A DNA stretch of 23,510 bases from assembly GCA_011364925.1 (NCBI GenBank), contig RDOA01000054.1, forward strand, positions 1-23,510. The letters are read 5' to 3'. A program made the translations under genes and the position numbers. Source of the stretch: Promethearchaeota archaeon. Its GTDB lineage: Archaea > Asgardarchaeota > Lokiarchaeia > Sigyniarchaeales > SOKP01. The notes under the pieces were generated by a model. It ran no database searches and was not told the origin of the DNA. It worked only from the letters and a program-made list of their open reading frames with translations. How positions within the stretch are numbered: position 1 is the first letter of the stretch; every line of letters begins with the position of its first letter. Below are positions 1 through 7,721 of this stretch, piece by piece.

Positions 1-642
1 AGTTGATTCTCGATCCTCTGCTTTAATTTCTTGACCTGTACAAGAAAATTTATTCCACATTAGGTCAAGATCTTTGTCCGTTATCCCACATTGTAAACAA
101 GCAGATCCTTGAGCTTTTGAATAGACTGCTTGGACAGATCCGAAATATTCGTCAATGCCAGAGTCGGTAAATGGAACATCGTAATAATACGCGTAATTGT
201 TCGCTTCTAATCGAGCTTCAATGTTGTCTAAACAAGAACATATTACATCGCACTCTTTATATAGCGTTTTATCAATTGTGTTTAGATCTTTTTTAATGGC
301 AATTACTTTAACTTCGGGATTCAATATCTCGCACGCTTTCTTTACGACATCGACTTTGTATTCGTTATTTTCCGCAGCTTTACTATTAAACAACACGCAT
401 CGATTCAAATTTGAGCTTTCTATGAAATCAAAATCGATTATATATAACGTTCCTACTCCAGATAAGACCAAATTTTTCACTACTTCGTTTCCAGTAGCAC
501 CAACCCCAATAACCATAACTTTTGCATTAGCAATTTTATCTTGATCCCAACCTTGAATTCTTTTTTGGCGATCAAATTTATCTGTGTCGATTGTATCTGT
601 ATCAATCAACTGGATATCCTGGGGGTCTTTTTGAGATGTCAT
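1..642 (-). CDS. E1-like ubiquitin/Ubl-activating enzyme (ThiF/MoeB/E1 family), 3'-truncated by the window edge
   Basis: Missing from the ORF track because it has no stop in the window. Hand translation from ATG 642 is open for 214 codons: MTSQKDPQ...KFDRQKRIQGWDQDKIANAKVMVIGVGATGNEVVKNLVLSGVGTLYIIDFDFIESSNLNRCVLF...CSCLDNIEARLEAN...ACLQCG...KFSCTGQE. It shows the GxGxxG loop, the SNLNR motif, LDN..AR, a CxxC Zn pair and a candidate catalytic Cys (FSCTG). Confidence 0.93.
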   Translation of the reverse strand, partial: MTSQKDPQDIQLIDTDTIDTDKFDRQKRIQGWDQDKIANAKVMVIGVGATGNEVVKNLVLSGVGTLYIIDFDFIESSNLNRCVLFNSKAAENNEYKVDVVKKACEILNPEVKVIAIKKDLNTIDKTLYKECDVICSCLDNIEARLEANNYAYYYDVPFTDSGIDEYFGSVQAVYSKAQGSACLQCGITDKDLDLMWNKFSCTGQEIKAEDREST

Positions 643-662
643 TTTAAAGGATTCTATTTTTT

Positions 663-1160
663 TTAGTCTATTTTAGGGGATATGATAGCGTGACTAATTT
701 CTTTATAACCCTCTTTGGAAGAATCATCTAATGTGAAAAATGAATACTCTTTTCTTATTGGATCTACGATTAACGCGACTTGGTAGGACTCTGGAAAGAA
801 AAATCTTTGCGTATGAACATCCGTTGTTGATAGAAAACACCCAAAATCTGGATGCGAATGCCACCACCCTAATATGCACAAATCGTCATCGCCTCTAATC
901 TCTCTTATCCCTTTTAATACGGTGTTGAAATTTCCCGCTGTACCATTGATCTGGGAAGTAAAGTATTGTTGACTATCAACTGCGTTCTCGTTATACAATT
1001 GGTCGGTGATAATCACGTACTTTTTCCCGTTCCATTCTGATACATTCCCAACTAAATACCCAAATAGCTCAAAATTGGATTTGTTACATATATCTTTTAC
1101 TACCTCAAGTACATTTTCGTAAATGTAAACGGGAAAAATAAAGTCGCGATTAATTAACAT
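663..1160 (-). CDS. JAMM/MPN+ metalloprotease (Rpn11/CSN5-like deubiquitinase)
   Basis: ELFGYLVG (catalytic Glu) and GWWHSHPDFGCFLSTTDVHTQ form a complete E...HxHx7Sx2D JAMM motif, followed by ALIVDP. The stop lies 20 bp before the E1-like start. Confidence 0.93.
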   Translation of the reverse strand: MLINRDFIFPVYIYENVLEVVKDICNKSNFELFGYLVGNVSEWNGKKYVIITDQLYNENAVDSQQYFTSQINGTAGNFNTVLKGIREIRGDDDLCILGWWHSHPDFGCFLSTTDVHTQRFFFPESYQVALIVDPIRKEYSFFTLDDSSKEGYKEISHAIISPKID

Positions 1161-1316
1161 TTTTCTGAGATAACTCCGCCCGAAGTAGTATGTTAATACT
1201 ATTGTTTAATAATACTAATTAAACTATCGGTTTTATAATTAATTTAATTAACGATAAGTACATTAATTAATGTGATCAATTGAAATTCAAATTAAAATCA
1301 AATATATGATAAACTT

Positions 1317-1448
1317 TTGACGAGAGAAGAAGATAATTCCCCTCCAACAATAATTAGCACCGAAGAAAAAGAGATTAAAAAGCAAAAACCTCCAAACAAC
1401 AAAATTATTTACTTTAACTTAGTAGAAGAGGACAAAGAGAAACCTTAA
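1317..1448 (+). CDS. Possible small hydrophilic protein (43 aa, TTG start)
   Basis: Open frame (M)TREEDNSPPTIISTEEKEIKKQKPPNNKIIYFNLVEEDKEKP*. Purine-rich, coding-like composition; fills an otherwise empty gap; its TAA overlaps the convergent TAA of the 1445..1642 gene. No family recognised. Confidence 0.3.
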   Translation: MTREEDNSPPTIISTEEKEIKKQKPPNNKIIYFNLVEEDKEKP

Positions 1449-1642
1449 TCTCGAGCTCTTAAATACAATATTAATCCAATGAAAAACGGTATAATCCATA
1501 CTGTTAGAACCCATATAAACGAATTTAATCTCTTTTTTTTTGAATCTCTATAAACCCAAATCGAAATCAATGCAGAGATAATAAAGGGAATCGCTAGAAA
1601 AATAATAAGAAGGATCAATATCAATTCAATAAATTCAGCCAT
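1445..1642 (-). CDS. Small membrane protein (PLDc N-terminal-like helical hairpin)
   Basis: 65 aa with two hydrophobic segments and the pattern IWVYRDSKKK...WVLTVWIIPFFIGLILYL. A GGAG lies upstream; the gene starts 18 bp after the 7TM-RING stop. Confidence 0.7.
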   Translation of the reverse strand: MAEFIELILILLIIFLAIPFIISALISIWVYRDSKKKRLNSFIWVLTVWIIPFFIGLILYLRARD

Positions 1643-1660
1643 AATTTTTCTCCTTTTGTT

Positions 1661-2674
1661 TTAATCGATTATAACTTCCTCATCGCTGGTTGATTCCTTT
1701 TTACTCGCTTTAGATTCGTCGAACGGAGTTTCACAAACCCAACACATATTCTCTAAATTAGACAAAGCGCTCGAACACTTATAACAATATAGTGTTTCGC
1801 ACTCAGGACAGACATATGTTAATCTCGAGATTCTGTTTTTACACACCAAACATAAACCTTTTTCTCTATACATTTTGACATCGTTTATGTTAATATTGAC
1901 AGGTCTCGTGAACATTTTAATTGTATCCTGAATTTCTTCTTTTCTAATTTCAGATTCTCTTTCTTGTCGTCTTACTACGCTAAAAATAATATAGACTGTG
2001 ACTAATATGAGTAACGATACCGATACTAATATAATAATAATACTCAATACATCTAACTGAAGATTGAAAACAAGCGTTAAGACTAAAAAGACTACAACGA
2101 ATCCAATTACAACAAAAATCACTATTCGAACAATGAGTTTATTAAAAAGCTCAAAATATCCAAAAAAGGGAGATAGTGTGATAAGAACTCCTATAGTCAA
2201 TAGGATAGGAGGAACAACTCGGGGAAATGGCGATACATTTTTTATGAAAAATATCTCTAATGCCCAACCAATCGAAAGAAGAATGTAACCTATTGCCATA
2301 ACGTATGAGATTGCTCGAGACTCGCGTTTTGACCTGAAAGAAGACCAAATATATATAACACATAAACCTAATAAGCTTATGAAATCAAACAGATATAGAT
2401 ATAAGTAGAAATATAATAAAATATAATTGTCAACATCATAAGTTTGGAAAATTGCGTCAATATTTCCCGTATAATATCCAGCTAAAAAATAGTCAATAAA
2501 ATAAAAGAAAATTCTTGTGAGCGCAATAAATAACCAAAAAACACCAAAGGCACGCATTAATACTTTCTCTTGCTTTTCTTCTCGGGACGATCCTCGATAG
2601 AAATAAAAGAAACTACACGCAATCAATAAAAATATAAAGAATGCAGAAAAAAATCGCTCGAAAGCATCGAACAT
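1661..2674 (-). CDS. Polytopic (about 7 TM) membrane protein with C-terminal C4C4 RING-like zinc finger
   Basis: Seven hydrophobic segments, a charged linker, then CLVC-x10-CPEC-x4-CYKC-x10-CWVC (1733..1852) and an acidic tail. Confidence 0.82.
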   Translation of the reverse strand: MFDAFERFFSAFFIFLLIACSFFYFYRGSSREEKQEKVLMRAFGVFWLFIALTRIFFYFIDYFLAGYYTGNIDAIFQTYDVDNYILLYFYLYLYLFDFISLLGLCVIYIWSSFRSKRESRAISYVMAIGYILLSIGWALEIFFIKNVSPFPRVVPPILLTIGVLITLSPFFGYFELFNKLIVRIVIFVVIGFVVVFLVLTLVFNLQLDVLSIIIILVSVSLLILVTVYIIFSVVRRQERESEIRKEEIQDTIKMFTRPVNININDVKMYREKGLCLVCKNRISRLTYVCPECETLYCYKCSSALSNLENMCWVCETPFDESKASKKESTSDEEVIID

Positions 2675-2791
2675 GTTAGATATTTCACCATTCTTAATTT
2701 ATTCAAAAAAAAATATAATGATTTTAATTATAATTCCTCATATATAAATAATTAAAGAATTTTATAATACTGACTCTCTTCTGGTTTGATA

Positions 2792-3805
2792 ATGAAAAAA
2801 AAAGCAATTTTTGCAATTATTTTAACAATAATTGTCTTTTTTAGCGGATTATTCACAATCCCGATCTCAATTTTAACTGAAAAATTTTTTGACTACGGTT
2901 TAATTAACGAAACCAGATCTTTCTACTATAGTCCAATTAATACCAATAATACGAAGGAATTAAATCTCAATATTGCTAAAAGTGAGGTTGTTATTAAATA
3001 CATTCACCCCCCTAATGCTTATGCAGCGAAAATAGAAGTCTTTTTCGAGATAAGTGGAGCAAACGCGTTAGGAAAATCTTACCAAACCTACTTTAACATA
3101 ATCTGGGAGAACAGTAGTTCTACTTTAAATTTTACTTTAGTATACAAAGCCGGTATTGACCCAATAGAAGCGATTTCTCTGTTCAGCAACATATCAATAA
3201 TTATATCATTAAGAGCTGATGTGACTTTTGATATTAATGCAATTATTAATGAAGGTAATTTTGATCTTTCAATCCCATTTATGGTCCCTATTAATAATAT
3301 TAACGTGAATCTAGATATTGGCAATATAGATTTGAATTATGTATCCTGCATTATAGGGGGTAATATCACTGGAAAAGTGAGATTAGGAAATATAAATTTT
3401 ATGGCATATAACGTACAGTTCACTCGCAATACAGCATGGAATCTTACAATTGACAAAGGCGATTTACTTTTTGACATTACTCAATATAAAGATATTGGTG
3501 CTAATGTGACTGGCGTAGGGGAGATTAATATAGGAGAGCTAAGAGTGCTTTACAAAGATTACAATCCAGACATAGGAGCGTTATTTATTTTCTATCACAT
3601 GTTTAATGTCGATGAGGATTATGTTGAGGGATTCAACATATTACCACCCGATATTGATGAAAGTCAATGGTGGCTAACTCGCTTTTTATTATATACTTTT
3701 GACTTTCCAGGTTTAAACTATTATAATATCTCGTTATATAAACTCAGTAGTAACCCTGATGCTCAATATGTCTACAATCTTTTAAACACTAACAGTACAA
3801 TATAG
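2792..3805 (+). CDS. Membrane-anchored or secreted beta-rich surface glycoprotein (DUF4097/adhesin-like repeats, tentative)
   Basis: MKKK plus a hydrophobic N-terminal helix (ATG 2792; alternative TTG 2786). Repeated GNFDL/GNIDL/GNINF/GDLLF/GELRV turns and about 10 N-x-S/T sequons. Confidence 0.65.
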   Translation: MKKKAIFAIILTIIVFFSGLFTIPISILTEKFFDYGLINETRSFYYSPINTNNTKELNLNIAKSEVVIKYIHPPNAYAAKIEVFFEISGANALGKSYQTYFNIIWENSSSTLNFTLVYKAGIDPIEAISLFSNISIIISLRADVTFDINAIINEGNFDLSIPFMVPINNINVNLDIGNIDLNYVSCIIGGNITGKVRLGNINFMAYNVQFTRNTAWNLTIDKGDLLFDITQYKDIGANVTGVGEINIGELRVLYKDYNPDIGALFIFYHMFNVDEDYVEGFNILPPDIDESQWWLTRFLLYTFDFPGLNYYNISLYKLSSNPDAQYVYNLLNTNSTI

Positions 3806-3891
3806 GATTAATAATCTAAAGTCAAAATAGGTAAGAATTAAAACTCTGAAGAAGAAAAATTAACTTAAATTTAAAAAAAGTATTCAAATGA

Positions 3892-5622
3892 CTATTGTAA
3901 AAAATACCATTCGTAGAAAGGAAGATTCCAATTATTATACAGGTTGTATCCTGCTATTTTTGATGAGAGTGGGAATCTAGTTAATGGTGTGTACCACAAT
4001 ATTACAGGACATAATTCTTCTATGAAATATTGTTGAATTTCTAAGTATTCTTGTTCTCTCAATGTTTCATTATATTCTTGAGCAGCATTCTCTAATAGAT
4101 CCTGAAAATATGTATCATTAACCCCAGCTAAATTATCATCAGCTTCGCGAGTGAAGGAGTGCATATTGTTGCTTGGATCATTATAATCCGGTTGCCATCC
4201 ATAAAGGATAAATTGAGACTTACCTGAAAAATAATCATCTCTATAATCCGGGAATATTCTAGGGGTAATAGTTATGTTGATTCCGATTTGCGTTAGATTG
4301 TGTTGAAACAATAGTGCCATTTCTCTGTGAAAATCCCAATTAACAACATACGAGAAATTAAACCTCGCAAGGGGATTTCCATCCTCAACAAGGCGTTCCC
4401 ATTCATTTCCCGCACTAACATTGTCGTTAGCTGTTAAATCTGCGGTTCCGGGCAGATTAGCTTCTTTTAGCACTTGCCTTGCTCTTGTAATATTAAGTAC
4501 AGGCAATTCAAAATCTTTCCAGTTGGAATAGAGCATGCCTAGTGAAAGAGGCGATCTGGCTCTAGTTACTTCTGGAGCACTGCCGATGAATTCCATACCA
4601 AGCGGTACTAAACGATCGTAATCGAGAGCATAAGAAATTGCTTTTCTCATCGTATTATTAACAATATCATTATTCATACAAATATAATAAACTTCAGTAC
4701 TTGTCCAATTAAACAGGTTAAGTCCAGCATTCTCATATACTATTGGATCAAATGGGTTAGGTTGTCCTCCTTGAATTTCTCCAGACAACAACGCCTCTGC
4801 CTTTTTAGTAGCGTTATCAAAAATCTTTATAACAATTTTATCAAAATTTGGTGTTTCCCCCCAATAGTCATCATATCGTAATAAGGTTGTTCCATTGATA
4901 TAATATTCGTCTAAATCCGAATCATATATAACATCACTCGAATAATGTTCAAATGGACCTGTACCAACTAATTTATCAGTTACAAAATTGGAAAAATTAT
5001 CGTAAGGAGTAGACAAAGGGGATACTATCTTTGGACCCGCTCCTAATAGTGCTTCGAATGGGAAAAAAGGCTTATTTAAGACAAATCTAATAGTGTATTG
5101 GTCAATTACACGGGTTTTGGTAAAATTTAGTATTGGAGTTCCATCAGGATGCACCCAAAAGGCCCAATAAATATAATCTTTTAATCGATAAATTCTATCT
5201 AAGTTCCACTTTACAGCGGAAGCGTTAAACGGTGATCCATCGTGAAATGTAACACCTTGTCTAAGAAAACAAGTATAATTCAAATGATCTGGGCTCCAAT
5301 TACCCCCTAAGGCAAGTTTTTGAACGATCTTCGGTCCATCAGCACTAAATTCGTAACCGAACAAAGTTTCTACGATATTCTCGAGAATTGCGAAATTTTC
5401 ACCATTTCCATATAACATAGGATCGATCGTTGCTAATCCTGTTGTACCCCAAATGAAAACACGCTCCTTTATCGGAGGAGGCGGTATTAAAAAAATACCA
5501 GTGGTAATTCCCGCGATAGCAACAGCAAGTATTAAACCTCCACCTAAAAATGTTTTTTTATGTTCTGCTAAATTGAGTTTTTTTCCCGATTTTTTCTCTT
5601 TTGGGGTTTTATGTTCAGTCAT
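3892..5622 (-). CDS. ABC transporter substrate-binding protein, family 5 (OppA/DppA-like)
   Basis: N-terminal TM anchor with a PPPP linker; LRQGVTFHDGSPFNASAVKWNLDR, GTGPF, MRKAISYALD and GWQPDYNDP motifs; many N-glycosylation sequons. Confidence 0.92.
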   Translation of the reverse strand: MTEHKTPKEKKSGKKLNLAEHKKTFLGGGLILAVAIAGITTGIFLIPPPPIKERVFIWGTTGLATIDPMLYGNGENFAILENIVETLFGYEFSADGPKIVQKLALGGNWSPDHLNYTCFLRQGVTFHDGSPFNASAVKWNLDRIYRLKDYIYWAFWVHPDGTPILNFTKTRVIDQYTIRFVLNKPFFPFEALLGAGPKIVSPLSTPYDNFSNFVTDKLVGTGPFEHYSSDVIYDSDLDEYYINGTTLLRYDDYWGETPNFDKIVIKIFDNATKKAEALLSGEIQGGQPNPFDPIVYENAGLNLFNWTSTEVYYICMNNDIVNNTMRKAISYALDYDRLVPLGMEFIGSAPEVTRARSPLSLGMLYSNWKDFELPVLNITRARQVLKEANLPGTADLTANDNVSAGNEWERLVEDGNPLARFNFSYVVNWDFHREMALLFQHNLTQIGINITITPRIFPDYRDDYFSGKSQFILYGWQPDYNDPSNNMHSFTREADDNLAGVNDTYFQDLLENAAQEYNETLREQEYLEIQQYFIEELCPVILWYTPLTRFPLSSKIAGYNLYNNWNLPFYEWYFLQ

Positions 5623-5650
5623 TTCTTGTTCATCCTTAAATTATTATATT

Positions 5651-5672
5651 AATTTAACAATAAATTTAACAA
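5651..5672. repeat. Tandem direct repeat AATTTAACAA x2 upstream of the substrate-binding protein gene
   Basis: AATTTAACAA at 5651-5660 and 5663-5672 (12-bp period). A partial inverted copy TTGTTAA lies at 5732-5738. Confidence 0.4.
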
Positions 5673-5788
5673 AAATGTCAATAATTATACAAGATTTCTT
5701 TATATACTAATAAATATAGTATTAATTCGTGTTGTTAATAAATCTTATGATCCTTCGTTGTAATAATAAGATGAGGACCTTTAATTGC

Positions 5789-5860
5789 CTATTCAGATAT
5801 AATGTGGAGTTTTTCCATGATTACATCAAATGTTTCACAAACATCTTGACCAGTTTTAGC
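5789..5860 (-). pseudogene. Remnant 3' end of a paralogous small GTPase gene
   Basis: Translates as AKTGQDVCETFDVIMEKLHIISE*, against AKTGQGVHNAFDMIINKLYNKSI* at 5866..5937. Same length, 12/23 identical, preceded by an in-frame TAG, no upstream start. Confidence 0.8.
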
Positions 5861-5865
5861 CTAAG

Positions 5866-6405
5866 TTAAATAGATTTGTTATACAACTTATTAATTATCA
5901 TATCAAAAGCGTTATGAACGCCTTGCCCTGTTTTCGCGGAGGTTATATAATATCCAAGAAATTTTTGGTCTTCTACAACTTGTTGAATTTTAGAATGGTC
6001 TAATTCTTCCTCGTTAATTAAATCCACTTTATTCGCAAACAATACAATTGGAATATTTCCACAAAACTGATGCACTTCAGCGCACCAATTCGCGATACTA
6101 TTAAAACTACGAGCTCCAAGCTGGTTCTCTTCAAGGCTATATACAATTATAGCCGCGTTGCTATCCCTATAGAAAGATGGTCGTAAAAAATCAAACGAAC
6201 CTTGACCAGCGATATCCCAAAACAGCAATCTAATACTATCGCCGTCAATATCTTTATCGAATTTAGAAAATTGAGCACCGATGGTCTCAACATAATCAGT
6301 ATCAAACGCACCGAGGGTGTATTTTGAGATTAGAGACGTTTTCCCTACCCTTCCATCCCCCACAACGGTGATTTTGTACCGTATTTTTTTTCCAGAGGTA
6401 CTCAT
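5866..6405 (-). CDS. Rab-like small GTPase (Ras superfamily, Asgard type)
   Basis: G1 GDGRVGKTS, G2 ETIG, G3 WDIAGQ, G4 NKVD, G5 TSAKTG. No C-terminal Cys prenylation motif. Confidence 0.95.
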   Translation of the reverse strand: MSTSGKKIRYKITVVGDGRVGKTSLISKYTLGAFDTDYVETIGAQFSKFDKDIDGDSIRLLFWDIAGQGSFDFLRPSFYRDSNAAIIVYSLEENQLGARSFNSIANWCAEVHQFCGNIPIVLFANKVDLINEEELDHSKIQQVVEDQKFLGYYITSAKTGQGVHNAFDMIINKLYNKSI

Positions 6406-6556
6406 GAAATTAGATAAATAGCCTTTATTTCAGTTCAGTTAATAAACTCGTACTTAATCTATCATATTGTTTTTGTATAATATAAAATTTTGGAGTTCGT
6501 GAAGGATAACATAAAATACCCTTTCACTTAATAGGTGGTATTTCTACTACAATCAT

Positions 6557-6572
6557 GAAAAAGCTTTAAATA
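6557..6572 (+). promoter_or_regulatory. Putative archaeal BRE/TATA promoter of arcC
   Basis: GAAAAAG-C-TTTAAATA about 63 nt upstream of ATG 6635. The AT-rich background limits specificity. Confidence 0.4.
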
Positions 6573-6634
6573 AAAAGTAAGATATTATTATTTTTCATTT
6601 GCTTTAATATCGCTTGTAGTAAAGGTACTCATTA

Positions 6635-7549
6635 ATGAAAACATTGATCGTTGCGCTTGGAGGTAATGCCCTCATTAAACCGGGGGAAAGTGGTACCCCC
6701 GAACAAATGATTAATAATTTGCAAGCTCCCATAAAGCAGATCGCTGAATTATCAGAAGAGTATAATATCATAATTACTCACGGGAATGGTCCTCAAGTAG
6801 GTGCTCTTCTCCTTCAACAAGAAGCTACTGACGAGATAACGAGAATGCCTTTACAAATCTTAGTAGCTGAAACTCAAGGACAAATTGGATTTTTAATCGA
6901 ATCTACGCTTGACGAAGAGCTCATGCGCCTTGGTAAAGATATGAGGAAATATTTCCTTACGGTGTTAACCTATGTAGAAGTGGACCCAAATGATAGGGCA
7001 TTTATAAGACCTACGAAACCAATCGGTCCCGCTTATAAGAGAAAACGCCCTGGATACATTAAAACTTCTAAAGGGTGGCGACGGGTGGTTCCATCACCAA
7101 AACCCTTAAGAATTGTCCAGTCGCGTGAAATTAAGAGACTGATGGAAGAAAATTTCATCGTTATTTCGTGTGGAGGTGGTGGAATTCCGGTAATTAAAGA
7201 TGGTACGCGTTTTCAAGGAGTTGAAGCTGTAATAGACAAAGATTTAGCTAGCGCAAAATTAGGAGAACAGATCGATGCTGACATTCTATTAATTGCTACT
7301 GATGTTGAAAAAGTGGCGTTAAACTATGGAAGAGTTGACTATAAATATCTGAATAAAGTCTCTACTAAAGACGCTAAAGAATATTTAAAGCAAGGACATT
7401 TCCCACCAGGCAGTATGGGTCCCAAAATCCAAGCTGTTATAAATTTTTTAGAATCTGGTGGAGAGCAAGCAATTATAACATCTATAGAAAAGATTAAAGA
7501 AGCACTAGAAGGAAAGGCTGGAACCCGTTTTTTTATCGATGAAGTCTAA
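6635..7549 (+). CDS. arcC: Carbamate kinase
   Basis: VALGGNAL, ITHGNGPQVG, PTKPIGP, GWRRVVPSP, GGGGIPV, EAVIDKD and GSMGPK motifs. Confidence 0.96.
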   Translation: MKTLIVALGGNALIKPGESGTPEQMINNLQAPIKQIAELSEEYNIIITHGNGPQVGALLLQQEATDEITRMPLQILVAETQGQIGFLIESTLDEELMRLGKDMRKYFLTVLTYVEVDPNDRAFIRPTKPIGPAYKRKRPGYIKTSKGWRRVVPSPKPLRIVQSREIKRLMEENFIVISCGGGGIPVIKDGTRFQGVEAVIDKDLASAKLGEQIDADILLIATDVEKVALNYGRVDYKYLNKVSTKDAKEYLKQGHFPPGSMGPKIQAVINFLESGGEQAIITSIEKIKEALEGKAGTRFFIDEV

Positions 7550-7721
7550 ATTTAACTCTATATGGCCGTTTTTTGGGAATATTTTATAAATTAAGAAGTT
7601 GAAGATTTTTAGATAGCTTTAAATTAAAAGATTTTTTAACTTCCTAAAAATACAATACTATTTAGAAAATAAAGATTTGAGCTTTAATTATATAAAATTT
7701 CACAAAAGAACAAGATAAATA

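Noticed and set aside
197-544. 115-aa plus-strand ORF in the track
   Set aside because: It is the antisense shadow of the E1-like gene, which has clear family motifs on the minus strand.
5858-5872. TTTAACTTAG|GCT before the second GTPase tail resembles a spliceosomal 3' acceptor (alternative last exon)
   Set aside because: There is no GT donor at the matching position in the gene (TCC|GCG), the gene organisation is prokaryotic, and such short motifs are expected by chance in AT-rich DNA.
5789-5937. GTPase tail duplication as a diversity-generating retroelement TR/VR pair
   Set aside because: Mismatches are not confined to adenines of either copy (e.g. GCG/GCT, GGG/GGT, TTG/CTC), and no reverse transcriptase gene is in the window.
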